Position numbers and translations under genes: made by a program. Below are positions 19,049 through 29,623 of a stretch of 64,000 nucleotides of DNA, piece after piece. The notes under the pieces were generated by a model. It did no database searches, was not told the origin of the DNA, and saw only the letters and a list, made by a program, of their open reading frames with translations. Origin of the DNA: Ferruginibacter sp. GTDB lineage: Bacteria > Bacteroidota > Bacteroidia > Chitinophagales > Chitinophagaceae. The first letter of the stretch is position 1. Each line of letters begins with the position of its first letter. The DNA lies in the NCBI GenBank assembly GCA_043736415.1, contig JAYTCO010000280.1:557-64556 (forward strand), given 5' to 3'.

Positions 19049-19351
19049 TTATAATGCATTTTTTTCTAAAACCTGCATTATTTGTTTTGTTGTTAATACG
19101 CCGGATTGACGCCATTTTAATTGGCCTTTTTTAAAAAGTATTAAAGTGGGCACACCCTGTATCTGGTAAGCAGATGCTGCTTGTGGGCTTTTATCAATGT
19201 CTATTTTTAAAATGGTTAATTTATCTCCCATTTTAAGTTTCAACTCTTCCAGAATAGGTTTCATCATTTTACAGGGACCGCACCATTCTGCAAAAAAATC
19301 TACAAGGGTAGGTTTATCGCTATTAATTATTTCTGAAAATTTATTTGCCAT
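19049..19351 (-). CDS. trxA: Thioredoxin
   Basis: 100 aa with the WCGPCK active site and typical thioredoxin fold pattern. It starts 9 nt after the ATPase gene. Confidence 0.85.
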   Translation of the reverse strand: MANKFSEIINSDKPTLVDFFAEWCGPCKMMKPILEELKLKMGDKLTILKIDIDKSPQAASAYQIQGVPTLILFKKGQLKWRQSGVLTTKQIMQVLEKNAL

Positions 19352-19360
19352 AAGTTTTTT

Positions 19361-21868
19361 TTAAGAAGTTAAAACCTTGTTTCTTTTTTTCCATTTTACT
19401 GCCTCATACCATATTACGCTTAAAAACCCTGTAACAATACTTATTAATAAGTGCATAAAACTTAAATATTCAAATTTAAAAAACAGCGCCAAGGGTTTTA
19501 TGTAAATCAACATTATAACCATTGCAATAGTTATGCTAATTATAAGCAGTACCAGATTATTTTTATATTTTAAAGTTGTAAAAAACGAATAGAAAAACGA
19601 ACGGTTTACAAGCGTTAAAAAAATATTAGCCGAAATTAAAACAGTGAAAACCATTGTCCGGGTTATTGCTTCATTAAAGCTATGTTGTACAGCATACTGA
19701 TATATTATTAACGTACCGGCGGTTATTATTAAACCCTGTAAAATACTTGTCGATAATTCTTTCCAGTTAAAAAAAGTATTGGTAAATGGTCTTGGTTTTT
19801 GCTGCATGGTATTTTTCTCCATAGGTTCATTTTCATAAATGATGGAGCATGTTGGGCCCATAATTAATTCTAAAAAAATAATATGTACCGGTGAAAATAT
19901 ATTTGGATAGACCCAACCCAAAGCCAGCGGAACAAATACGGTAAGCACAATAGGAACATGAATGGAGATAATGTACTGAATAGCTTTTTTAAGATTTGCA
20001 TAAATTTTTCTACCCATGGCAACCGCATCTATCATTCTTGCTAAATCGTCGTCTACCAAAATAAGTGAAGCAGCCTGTTTGGCAATTTCTGTCCCTTTTT
20101 TGCCCATGGCAATACCAATATGAGCAGCTTTTAATGCAGGTCCGTCATTTACGCCATCACCCGTCATTGCTACAATTGCATTATTGGCTTTTAATGCATT
20201 TATAATTTTTAATTTTGCATCAGGAAACATTCGGGTAAAAATATTTGTGTTAGCTACTGTTTCTTTTAAATCAGCATCGCTCAGTTTCATTAAATCATCT
20301 CCACTGATGCTTTTATCGTACCCTTTAAATGCAATTTGTTTTGCAATAGCAGATGTGGTTGCAGCATTATCGCCTGTTATAATCTTTACAGCAATACCCG
20401 CACTGTAAAAACTTTCCATTACAGTTTTAATATTTTCTTTTGGTGGATCGTAAAAACCTACAAGCCCTTTAAAAATAAATTTGTATTCCTGCTGCGTTGC
20501 CAGGAAATTATTTCCTTCAAAAATTGCTTCTCCTACAGCCAATACCCGATATCCATCTGTGGTTATTATTTTAATTGCTTCTTCAATCTGTTGCTTTTCA
20601 TTTTGGGTAAGGTTGGCAATATTCATTAATGCTTCGGGTGCACCCTTTGCAGCTATAATACGTATGCCGGAATTATTCTCAAAAATATGCGTCATCATTG
20701 GTGGCTTACCACCCAAAGGATATTCGTGAACCATTTTATAATCTGCCCGTTCATCAACCTTTATTATTTTTTGATATGCATTGTGCAACGCAATTTCCAT
20801 AGGGTCAAATGCAATTGGTTCACTAGCCCACATCGCTATTGATATTAACTTTTTCTCTTCATCTTCAACAATATTTTCTGCTGCAGCAATTTTATTTGTA
20901 GCCAGCACAAAAACTTTTGCAAGGCTCATTTTATTTTCTGTAATAGTTCCGGTTTTATCTGTACAAATTACGGTAGCGCTACCCAGGGTTTCCACAGTTT
21001 TCATTTGCTTTACTACAATACCCAGCTTCATTAACCTCCATGCACCCAGCGCCATAAATGTGGTAAACGCTACAGGTATTTCTTCAGGCAAAATACTCAT
21101 GGCAAGCGTTAGCGCTTTTAATAAACTATCAAGTACATTGTAAGATTGCAAATAATTTACGACCCACACAATTAAAAAAATAACGGCGCCGGCGATAATC
21201 ATTTTTTTTACAAAATTATTTATCTGCAATTCCAGCGGTGTTTTTTCTTCCTTAATATCTTCCAGGCTTTTGCCGATTTTTCCTAAACGGGTTTCATTGC
21301 CAATGGCTGTAATGTTTGCCAATGCTAAACCACTTGCTACAGTCGTACCCAAGTAAACAATATTATCAGCTGTACTTTTATCTTTAATAACAGCAAAAGA
21401 TTCGCCCGTTAGAATAGATTCATTTACAGAAAAATCATTGGACTGTATTATCTCGCCATCTGCAGATATTGATGTTCCTTCTTCTACCATCAGGCAGTCA
21501 CCAATTACGAGTTCTTCACTTTTTATTTCTGTTACAGCAGCATTTCTAATTACTTTACAATGTGGCTCTGTAAATTTTTTTAATTTCTCTAATGCATTTC
21601 TGCTTCTTGAATTTTGGTACAGGGAAATTGCTGAAACTAACATAATAGCAGACAGCAAAAAAATTCCATCTCCAATATCTCCGGTAAAAAAATAAATAGA
21701 AGTAGCTACCAGTAACAGAATAAGCATTGGTTCTTTTAATAAACTTTTTAATACTTCTAAAAATCCATTTTCTTTCTTGTATGTTAATATATTATAACCA
21801 TTTTTCTTTCTTGAAATACTAACCTCTTCATCTGTCAAACCTTTTATATTAAAATTATTTTCAGACAT
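19361..21868 (-). CDS. Cation-translocating P-type ATPase, P2 (Ca2+/Mg2+-type, CtpF-like)
   Basis: 835 aa with TGES, CTDKTGTITENKM, MTGDGVNDGPALK and 10 TM-like segments. Confidence 0.85.
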   Translation of the reverse strand: MSENNFNIKGLTDEEVSISRKKNGYNILTYKKENGFLEVLKSLLKEPMLILLLVATSIYFFTGDIGDGIFLLSAIMLVSAISLYQNSRSRNALEKLKKFTEPHCKVIRNAAVTEIKSEELVIGDCLMVEEGTSISADGEIIQSNDFSVNESILTGESFAVIKDKSTADNIVYLGTTVASGLALANITAIGNETRLGKIGKSLEDIKEEKTPLELQINNFVKKMIIAGAVIFLIVWVVNYLQSYNVLDSLLKALTLAMSILPEEIPVAFTTFMALGAWRLMKLGIVVKQMKTVETLGSATVICTDKTGTITENKMSLAKVFVLATNKIAAAENIVEDEEKKLISIAMWASEPIAFDPMEIALHNAYQKIIKVDERADYKMVHEYPLGGKPPMMTHIFENNSGIRIIAAKGAPEALMNIANLTQNEKQQIEEAIKIITTDGYRVLAVGEAIFEGNNFLATQQEYKFIFKGLVGFYDPPKENIKTVMESFYSAGIAVKIITGDNAATTSAIAKQIAFKGYDKSISGDDLMKLSDADLKETVANTNIFTRMFPDAKLKIINALKANNAIVAMTGDGVNDGPALKAAHIGIAMGKKGTEIAKQAASLILVDDDLARMIDAVAMGRKIYANLKKAIQYIISIHVPIVLTVFVPLALGWVYPNIFSPVHIIFLELIMGPTCSIIYENEPMEKNTMQQKPRPFTNTFFNWKELSTSILQGLIITAGTLIIYQYAVQHSFNEAITRTMVFTVLISANIFLTLVNRSFFYSFFTTLKYKNNLVLLIISITIAMVIMLIYIKPLALFFKFEYLSFMHLLISIVTGFLSVIWYEAVKWKKRNKVLTS

Positions 21869-21934
21869 GCAAATTTTTTAAAGCGTAATTTTTTCCTGTT
21901 CAATTTTACTTGCAAAAAGTTTTATTCATTGTGT

Positions 21935-22768
21935 TCAATAACTGCAAAGTGATTTTATTTCTGACAGTATATTTGAAATTCGGGTTATGGAGATGCTTAT
22001 GTCATGCAATAATGCTTCCCTTTTTAAAAGTTCTTTACACAAAACAATTCCTTCCATTAATATTGTTTCTTTTTCTTTATTTGTTAAGGATGTAAGGCAT
22101 GTAATTGGATATAAACCGGACTCATCTATTAAATTACGCAGGCTTTTATTGGCAGGATAATCCCAGCTTAATAAACTTAACCCTTCACAAACACCATATT
22201 TTACTGCGTCAGATGAGAATTTGGTATTGGTAACAACACAGCATTTTAAAGGTTTATGAGATGTTTTTTGCCAGTTGTTTTGTACGTCTCTGTACCGAGA
22301 ATGCACATAGAGCGGTATTTTTACATTGCTTACAATGCCAAGACTGTTATGAAATTTGCATTCGGTTAATAAAAAATGATCCTCATTTTCTGCCAATACA
22401 TCTATCTCATGCGTTACACATGCACCTTCTAAAAAAAGCTGCGTTTGTACTTTGTATCCCTGCCATTCAAATATAGCAGCAATGTATTTTTCAAATGGAA
22501 AACCTGATGGACCTAAAGCCATGATAGCTCTCTTTAAATTATAACGGCCGGCATTACTTTTTAAGTCTTTCTTAAGCATATTAAATGCTGCCTGGTATAT
22601 TTTTTTTGTAGAAATGCCATCATATAATATTGATTCTATTTCAAATAAAATATTTTCTACTGTATTTTCATCTGCTCCAGATTTTTTTAGAGATGCTCTC
22701 AATTTCTCTGATGAAAATATATCCTGAACACCGGAAGCTTTTGTGATGGTAATATTTTTATTTTTCAT
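21935..22768 (-). CDS. ATP-cone domain fused to PD-(D/E)xK (Mrr/restriction-endonuclease-like) domain
   Basis: The N-terminal ~90 aa (ITKASGVQDIFSSEKLRASLKKSGA......I...IE..L.DGISTKKIY) fit an ATP-cone. The core HEIDVLAE...FLLTECKF gives a D...ExK nuclease-fold motif. Confidence 0.6.
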   Translation of the reverse strand: MKNKNITITKASGVQDIFSSEKLRASLKKSGADENTVENILFEIESILYDGISTKKIYQAAFNMLKKDLKSNAGRYNLKRAIMALGPSGFPFEKYIAAIFEWQGYKVQTQLFLEGACVTHEIDVLAENEDHFLLTECKFHNSLGIVSNVKIPLYVHSRYRDVQNNWQKTSHKPLKCCVVTNTKFSSDAVKYGVCEGLSLLSWDYPANKSLRNLIDESGLYPITCLTSLTNKEKETILMEGIVLCKELLKREALLHDISISITRISNILSEIKSLCSY

Positions 22769-22791
22769 AAATTATTAACTGTTTAATAATT

Positions 22792-23865
22792 TTATGCAAC
22801 AGTAATTTCTTTTTCCAGATAAACATCCTGTACAGCATTCAGCAGTGCAATACCTTCTTTCATTGGTTTTTGAAATGCTTTTCTTCCTGAAATTAAACCC
22901 GTACCACCTGCACGTTTGTTTATGATGGCTGTAATTACGGCTTCCTTTAAATCTGATTCACCTTTAGATTCTCCACCTGAATTAATTAACCCTGAACGAC
23001 CCATAAAACAATTTAATACCTGGTATCTGCATAAATCAATTGGGTTGGCAGAACTTAATTCGGAATACATCCGCTTATCTGTTTTACCGTAAGTTATACC
23101 GGCAGAATTTAAAAAAGTAAAACCACCATTATTCACAGGTAATTTTTGTTTTATTATATCTGCCTGTATTGTTACACCTAAATAATTTGCCTGCCCGGTA
23201 AGGTCGGCAGATAAATGATAATCTGCCTCTGTACTTTTAAATGCATTGTTGCGCAGGTAACACCACAATATAGTTGCCATGCCAAGCGAATGTGCTTCTT
23301 CAAAAAGCCTTGCAACTTCTACTATTTGCCTGCCCGATTCTTCCGATCCAAAATATATGGTTGCACCAACTGCTTTGGCACCAAGGTTCCATGCATCTTT
23401 TACAGATGCAAACTGTATCTGGTCAAATTTGTTTGGATAAGTAAGCAGTTCATTGTGGTTTAATTTTACAATAAAAGGAATTTTATGAGCATATTTTCTA
23501 CTCAACATTGCCAGGCCACCAACGGTACTTGCTACAGCATTACAGCCGCCTTCTATGGCAAGTTTAATAATATTTTCAGGATCAAAATAAAGCGGATTAG
23601 CTGCAAAAGATGCACCTGCACTGTGTTCTACACCCTGGTCCACAGGCAGAATTGATAAATACCCTGTACCTGCAAGTGTGCCGTTGTTATACAATGAGCT
23701 AAGGTTGCAAAGTGTCTGGTTATTTCTGTTAGATAAACTGATTACATCATCAATAAAAGTAGGAGAAGGAAGATGAAGCATTTCTTTAGAAACCGTTTTA
23801 CAGGTATGCGTAAGCAATTCTTCGTTTTCTTTTCCAATTAAAGCGGTTATGTTTTCGTGTGTCAT
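22792..23865 (-). CDS. fbaB: Class I fructose-bisphosphate aldolase (FbaB/DhnA type)
   Basis: Long identical stretches to E. coli FbaB as I remember it: [53 protein letters not shown]. Confidence 0.9.
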   Translation of the reverse strand: MTHENITALIGKENEELLTHTCKTVSKEMLHLPSPTFIDDVISLSNRNNQTLCNLSSLYNNGTLAGTGYLSILPVDQGVEHSAGASFAANPLYFDPENIIKLAIEGGCNAVASTVGGLAMLSRKYAHKIPFIVKLNHNELLTYPNKFDQIQFASVKDAWNLGAKAVGATIYFGSEESGRQIVEVARLFEEAHSLGMATILWCYLRNNAFKSTEADYHLSADLTGQANYLGVTIQADIIKQKLPVNNGGFTFLNSAGITYGKTDKRMYSELSSANPIDLCRYQVLNCFMGRSGLINSGGESKGESDLKEAVITAIINKRAGGTGLISGRKAFQKPMKEGIALLNAVQDVYLEKEITVA

Positions 23866-23919
23866 AATACTAATTTTTATACTGATTTATTTTATTGAAA
23901 AGATTTATTAGCACTTAAT

Positions 23920-26622
23920 TTATTTCATACAAAAAATTTTTTTCTTATGCTGCTTCCCAAAAATAATTTTATACAGCTGTACCAAAAATAATGGGATTAA
24001 GCTTGCTGTTATTGCAATCAACCAAACATTCAACTCAAGCATATTTAATTCCAATACCCTTCTCATTTGCGGTACAGCAAAAACCATTAATATTATACCT
24101 GCACAAATAATTATTGCCAGCCATACAAATTTATTTTTTGTTATCTCATTCAGCAATAACTTTGATTTTGCAGATGCCATATTAAATACATGAAATAACT
24201 GTGCAAATGCCAAAGTAATAAAGGCAACATTATTGGCTGTCTTATCATCTACCAATAAATATGCTTTACAATAAATAACCGCAGCCATGCAGGCAAATGT
24301 TATTGATAAAGCATATAAACCAATTGCCACCCAATCTTTATTTGAAACTATTAAATTTTTAGGATTCCTCGGTGGCCTGTCCATAACTGTTTTATCGCCC
24401 TTGCCTAAACCAAGTGCCAATGCAGGAAAAACATCTGTCACCATATTTAAAAATAAAATCTGCAAGGGCAGTAAAGTAGCAGCAGGTGCAATAAAACCTA
24501 GTGTTGTTACAATAAATATTTCACTCAAATTGCAGGATACTAAATACACAACAAACTTTTGTATATTTTGAAAAATTTCTCTGCCATGTGCAACAGCCAA
24601 TGCTATTGATGTAAAGGAATCATCTTTTAAAACAATGCTTGCCGTTTCTTTTGCTACCTGTGTTCCTCTAAGCCCCATGGCAATACCAATATCTGCTTTC
24701 TTAAGTGCCGGAGCATCATTTACACCGTCGCCCGTCATGGCAACAATGTTTCCGGCTTTTTGAAAAACGCCTACGATTTCTAATTTTTGTTTCGGGGTAG
24801 TTCTTGCAAATACAGCTGTTTCCAACATTCTTTTCTCCCATTCATCCGTTACCGAAACCATATCCGGCAAATCACTTCCTGTAATTACTTTTTGCTCAGT
24901 ATCATCAACCAAACCAACTTTTTTTGCAATATTTAAGGCCGTCATTGGATGGTCTCCGGTTATCATCACAATCTTTATACCTGCGTTTCTGCAGGATAAT
25001 ATAGCGTCTTTAATATCAAGCCTTGGTGGATCTAAAAACCCGATCATACCTGCATACATCAACCCGTTTAAAAAATCTTCTTTATTAATTTCCTTATCTT
25101 CTTTGTAAGCAAAAGCCAATACCCGCAAACCTTCGGCTGCCATCTTTTCTGATTCAGCAATTATTTTTTTTCTATCGTCTTCACTCAACTCCTTCTCTGT
25201 TTCGCCAAAAAGTATCCGTTCACATTTTACAAGCAAATGTTCTACAGAACCTTTTGCAGCTACAAAATTTCCTGAATTATTTTTATGGACTGTACCCATT
25301 ATTTTGGTGTCTGAATTAAAAGGCATTTCTCCAATTCTTTCGTTGGCTTCTTTTAATTTATCTGCTGTTGAACCCGATGCATCTGCTAAATGTATCAAAG
25401 CAATCTCAATCGGATCGCCCAGTAATTTCTTTTTATCATCATTTTTTGCTGAAGCATTGTTGCACAATGCACCAATTAATATTAATTTTTCAAAATTATT
25501 TTTACTCTTTTCTACTGCAGCTTTATCATATTTTAATGAATTGTTTTCAATGGTAACTTTTATATTTTCTTCAGGGAAAGAAAAGGTATCAACATAAATT
25601 TTATTTTCAGTGAGCGTTCCTGTTTTATCGGTTAAAATAACATTGGTACTGCCAAGTGTTTCCACAGCAGATAATTTTTTTACAATGGCATTTCGTTTTG
25701 CCATCAGCAACATGCCATAAGCCAAAGCCACAGTAGATACTATTGGCAGGCCTTCGGGGAACGCTGCCACAGCCAATGCAATAGAAGTTTCAAGAATTAA
25801 TGCCCAGTGCTTTCCCTGTATAATTCCTGTTACAGCAAAAATGGATGTCATTATTAATGTTATCCAGATGAGTTTTATACTTAATGCTGCTATCTTTTTT
25901 TCAAGAGGTGTTTCTGTTTCTTTGTGGCTGTCCACCAAAGAAGTAATGGTGCCAAGTTGAGTATTTTCTGCAATACCTGTAATCACTGCCTTTCCATTAC
26001 CATTCATTACAGATGTGCCTTTAAAAACCATATTAAATTGATCGCCTAAGGCAGCTTCTTTAAGTAATTTTTCTGTATTTTTTTCTGTAGGAAGTGATTC
26101 TCCGGTAAGCGATGATTCATCGCACTGCAATTGATTGGCTTCTACCAGTCGAGCATCTCCGGGTATTACATCACCGGCTTCCAAAACAATTAAATCTCCT
26201 ACCGTAATTTTCTCAGAGGGTATTTGCAGCGTTTTTCCATCACGAATAACGTTGGAAAGTATTACGTCCATTTCCTTTAAAGCATTCATTGAACTACGGG
26301 CCTGTAACTCCATAAAAAATCCAATCAGTGCATTTACAAAAATGACTACAGCAATGGAAATAGCTTCAATATTGTTTTGAAAATAAAGCGTAACTGCCAT
26401 GGCAAACAGCAGCAAATAAACAATTGGACTTTTAAACTGGAGCAACAGTATTAACCATACCGATTTCTGTTTTTGCACCGCATAAATATTTGCACCAAAT
26501 TTTGCTGTACGAGCCTCTGCTTCTGCGGGGCTTATGCCATTTTCAGCGTTGGTTTCAAGGGCAGTAATTGTTTTTTCTACAGATAAAGTATGAACAGCTT
26601 CAATTGGATATTTTATGTTCAT
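23920..26622 (-). CDS. Cation-translocating P-type ATPase, P2A (SERCA/CtpF-like)
   Basis: 900 aa with an N-terminal cation-ATPase domain, TGES, LTDKTGTLTENK and MTGDGVNDAPALKKADIGIAMG. Confidence 0.85.
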   Translation of the reverse strand: MNIKYPIEAVHTLSVEKTITALETNAENGISPAEAEARTAKFGANIYAVQKQKSVWLILLLQFKSPIVYLLLFAMAVTLYFQNNIEAISIAVVIFVNALIGFFMELQARSSMNALKEMDVILSNVIRDGKTLQIPSEKITVGDLIVLEAGDVIPGDARLVEANQLQCDESSLTGESLPTEKNTEKLLKEAALGDQFNMVFKGTSVMNGNGKAVITGIAENTQLGTITSLVDSHKETETPLEKKIAALSIKLIWITLIMTSIFAVTGIIQGKHWALILETSIALAVAAFPEGLPIVSTVALAYGMLLMAKRNAIVKKLSAVETLGSTNVILTDKTGTLTENKIYVDTFSFPEENIKVTIENNSLKYDKAAVEKSKNNFEKLILIGALCNNASAKNDDKKKLLGDPIEIALIHLADASGSTADKLKEANERIGEMPFNSDTKIMGTVHKNNSGNFVAAKGSVEHLLVKCERILFGETEKELSEDDRKKIIAESEKMAAEGLRVLAFAYKEDKEINKEDFLNGLMYAGMIGFLDPPRLDIKDAILSCRNAGIKIVMITGDHPMTALNIAKKVGLVDDTEQKVITGSDLPDMVSVTDEWEKRMLETAVFARTTPKQKLEIVGVFQKAGNIVAMTGDGVNDAPALKKADIGIAMGLRGTQVAKETASIVLKDDSFTSIALAVAHGREIFQNIQKFVVYLVSCNLSEIFIVTTLGFIAPAATLLPLQILFLNMVTDVFPALALGLGKGDKTVMDRPPRNPKNLIVSNKDWVAIGLYALSITFACMAAVIYCKAYLLVDDKTANNVAFITLAFAQLFHVFNMASAKSKLLLNEITKNKFVWLAIIICAGIILMVFAVPQMRRVLELNMLELNVWLIAITASLIPLFLVQLYKIIFGKQHKKKIFCMK

Positions 26623-26633
26623 ACTAATGTTTA

Positions 26634-27467
26634 TTATGATTTATGAAACACCAATAAGGGAACTTTAGCATCGAACGAATACTCTGCAGATTTGCTTGAT
26701 AAAAATATTTTCTCAAACCAGTTTCTGTTTTGTTCCGTAAACATAACCATAACAGAAGGCTGAATACTTTTTACGGCAACTTCAATATCTGAAACCAAAG
26801 ATTCATTAGGATTTCTTGGAGTTGTTTGAAAATTTACATTATAATTTGTAATTGCTTTAATAGCCCTGTCTGTTAATGCTAAATCTTCTTTTTTATCAGG
26901 TGCAGATGTAAGGTGAAGTAATTCTACTGTTGCTTTTAACGGCTCTGCAAATGCTATTACTTTTAAAATTTCGTTTTCATAATTAAGCAAATCTGAAACA
27001 TAAAGTATACTTGTTATAGTACGCTTTTCATAATTATGGGGAATGGCTATAACGGGAACTTCAGAATTATTTATCAGGTTAGCTGTATTTGTACCAAGCA
27101 GCCTTTTTACAGTTCCGGCACCTCTGGTACTTATACAAATAAAATCAAAATTATTTTCAGCCGCATATTCTCTTATGCAACTATCTGCAAATACAGAACT
27201 TTTTATAACACATTTATATGGTGCAGCAGTTTCATTTATTCCTTTATAAGTTTCTTCAACAAAAGCATTTAATTTCTCTTCAATTTTTTCTGCTTCATCT
27301 TTTTCATAACCACCTACTCTTACTTCATTCCACGCAGTAGGAGTTAAGATATGATAAGTATTAAAAAAAGTGAGTTCATAATCATTTTGTGAAGCCAGTT
27401 GAATTGCAAAATATAAACCGGCTTTTGAGTTTTCAGAAAAATCGGTTGTAACAAGTATTTTTTTCAT
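26634..27467 (-). CDS. Tandem-domain universal stress protein
   Basis: 277 aa with two UspA-like halves (MKKILVTTDFS...; G..RLLGTNTANLINNSEVPVIAIP). Confidence 0.8.
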   Translation of the reverse strand: MKKILVTTDFSENSKAGLYFAIQLASQNDYELTFFNTYHILTPTAWNEVRVGGYEKDEAEKIEEKLNAFVEETYKGINETAAPYKCVIKSSVFADSCIREYAAENNFDFICISTRGAGTVKRLLGTNTANLINNSEVPVIAIPHNYEKRTITSILYVSDLLNYENEILKVIAFAEPLKATVELLHLTSAPDKKEDLALTDRAIKAITNYNVNFQTTPRNPNESLVSDIEVAVKSIQPSVMVMFTEQNRNWFEKIFLSSKSAEYSFDAKVPLLVFHKS

Positions 27468-27539
27468 GAAATAATTTTTTATTTATTTTTTCAATTTTAA
27501 AATATAATGTATTAGTGAATAAAAGATTTTAAGCAGTAT

Positions 27540-28475
27540 TTAATTTGTCGCTTTATTCATTAGACCATATATTTTTTCTACATCTTTTAAATTGCACAAT
27601 TCTGTACCTGTATTCATAGTGGCTGCTGTGCCACATGCAACTCCGTATTTTACTGCCTCGGCAATGTTTTTTTGTTTTGACAAAAAATAAACAATACCCG
27701 CCAACATGCTGTCACCTGCACCAACAGTGCTCTTTCTAATTACAGCAGGTGGTTCAATTGTTTTTATTAAATCATTGGTTACAAACAAAGCTCCTTGTGC
27801 ACCCATAGATATTACCACTACCTCGCATTTACCTTCTGCAATAATTTCTTTAGCAGCGGCTTCTATTTCATGTTGTTTCAAATGTGTTTTACCCGAAAGA
27901 AAACACAGTTCACCAAGATTTGGTTTAAGCAGGTAAACGCCTTCATTTACAGCTTCCCTTAAAGCTTCACCGGATGTATCTACAACAAATTTTGCATTTT
28001 TATTCTTTGCAATTTTTGCCAGCTGAGCAAAAATATTTAAAGGTACCCCGGGCGGTAAACTTCCGCTTGCTACAATAAAAGAAATATCCTGAATTTCTTC
28101 AACTGCTTTTAGGCATTGCATCCATTCTACATCACTAAGGTTTGTGCCCGGCATACCAAAACGGTATTGTGCATTTTCAGCTTCATCAAGCACTATTATA
28201 TTTTCTCTTGTTTCATTTTGTACTTCAATAATTACTGCATGTATATTTTCAACTTCCAGTAAATGATTAAAATATTTTCCCGTATATCCGCCTGACGGAA
28301 AAATAGCTGTAGCATCTCCACCCAATTTCTTTATTGCTCTTGCTACATTAATTCCACCACCACCCGGCTCAAGTTTTGGCGCAGCACAATGCAGCTTTTT
28401 ATCAGGCAGTAATTTTTTTACTGATGTGGTTTTATCAATACATGGGCTGAATGTAACGGTAACGATGGTTGACAT
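27540..28475 (-). CDS. pfkB: PfkB-family sugar kinase, 6-phosphofructokinase II type
   Basis: FEPGGGGINVARAIKKLGGDATAIFPSGG and the C-terminal GAGDSMLAG closely match E. coli PfkB (Pfk-2) motifs. Confidence 0.75.
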   Translation of the reverse strand: MSTIVTVTFSPCIDKTTSVKKLLPDKKLHCAAPKLEPGGGGINVARAIKKLGGDATAIFPSGGYTGKYFNHLLEVENIHAVIIEVQNETRENIIVLDEAENAQYRFGMPGTNLSDVEWMQCLKAVEEIQDISFIVASGSLPPGVPLNIFAQLAKIAKNKNAKFVVDTSGEALREAVNEGVYLLKPNLGELCFLSGKTHLKQHEIEAAAKEIIAEGKCEVVVISMGAQGALFVTNDLIKTIEPPAVIRKSTVGAGDSMLAGIVYFLSKQKNIAEAVKYGVACGTAATMNTGTELCNLKDVEKIYGLMNKATN

Positions 28476-28483
28476 AATATTGT

Positions 28484-29515
28484 TTAGCTGTTTCCATTTC
28501 CGGATATTTCTTCTTCTACCAAAATATTTGTAAGCTCATTTTTACAAGTGTTGTTTTTTTGGAAGCAATCAATATTTTCAAAAGTAGTATCCGCAATATT
28601 TGTAAGTGCCTGCACCGTAGCAAAAGCCTGGTGCGGAGTTATCAAGACATTCGGCATAGAAAGTAATTTTTTCAACAAATCGTCCTTCATTTCTTTCCCT
28701 GTAAGGTCAGAGAAGAAAATACCTCTTTCATTTTCATAAACATCTGCTCCGTAATAGGCAATATTACCATTTTGTAATCCCTCAATTACATCTACCGTAT
28801 TTACGCATGCCCCACGCCCCGTATTGATGAGCATTGTACCCGGTTTCATTAAATCTATCAGCTTTTTATTAATTAAATATTTTGTTTCGGGTGTAGATGA
28901 AGTATGAATGCTAATGATATCTGCTGAGGCACAAAGCGTTTCCTTATCCAAATATTCAACACCAAATTTTTCTTTCAATTGATCATTTTCGTTTGGGTCA
29001 CAACACAAAATTTTGCAGCCAAAGCCATACATAATTTTTACCAGTACACTGCCAATAATACCCACGCCAATAATGCCTATGGTTTTACCATGCAGATCGT
29101 AACCAATTAAATTATCTGTAGTAAAATTTTGTTGGTGAACCTGCTTTTCTGCAATAATGGTTTTTCTGTTTAGCGCCTGTATGAGCGCTATTACATGTTC
29201 TGCAATAGCATAAGGTGAATATGCAGGCACATTTGTAACTTTAATACCTACAGCGTTTGCTTTTTCAATATCAATATTGTCATGCCCTGCCGCTCTTGTT
29301 GTAATGCATTTCACATCAATTTCATAAAGTAATTTTATCACCTCTGCACTTGCATCATCGCCGGTAAAAATGCTGATGATCTCAAAACCGGTAGCAAGAT
29401 GAGCAGTTTCCAAACACAACGGCTTTTTTAAAAATGTAATTTCATAATTATTTGTGTTTGCCTTTTCCAGGTAAGGTTGCTCGTATGGTTTTGTACTGAA
29501 GAAGAGTGTTTTCAT
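28484..29515 (-). CDS. ldhA: D-lactate dehydrogenase / D-isomer-specific 2-hydroxyacid dehydrogenase
   Basis: The N-terminal pattern FFSTKPYEQPYL...NVPAYSPYAIAEH parallels E. coli LdhA. An NAD-binding GIIGVGIIG motif is present. Confidence 0.75.
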   Translation of the reverse strand: MKTLFFSTKPYEQPYLEKANTNNYEITFLKKPLCLETAHLATGFEIISIFTGDDASAEVIKLLYEIDVKCITTRAAGHDNIDIEKANAVGIKVTNVPAYSPYAIAEHVIALIQALNRKTIIAEKQVHQQNFTTDNLIGYDLHGKTIGIIGVGIIGSVLVKIMYGFGCKILCCDPNENDQLKEKFGVEYLDKETLCASADIISIHTSSTPETKYLINKKLIDLMKPGTMLINTGRGACVNTVDVIEGLQNGNIAYYGADVYENERGIFFSDLTGKEMKDDLLKKLLSMPNVLITPHQAFATVQALTNIADTTFENIDCFQKNNTCKNELTNILVEEEISGNGNS

Positions 29516-29522
29516 AAATACA

Positions 29523-29561
29523 TTTTACATATTTTATTTGAAGATATTTTAATATGTAAAA
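29523..29561. promoter_or_regulatory. 11-bp perfect inverted repeat ttttacatatt-N17-aatatgtaaaa just upstream of ldhA
   Basis: Read directly. It lies 8-46 bp upstream of the ldhA start and about 63 bp after the USP stop, so it could be an attenuator, terminator or operator. Confidence 0.3.
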
Positions 29562-29623
29562 ATAAACACCCCAATTTTTAGACCGAAAACTTTTTACACA
29601 TCCTAAACTATACAAGACACTTA

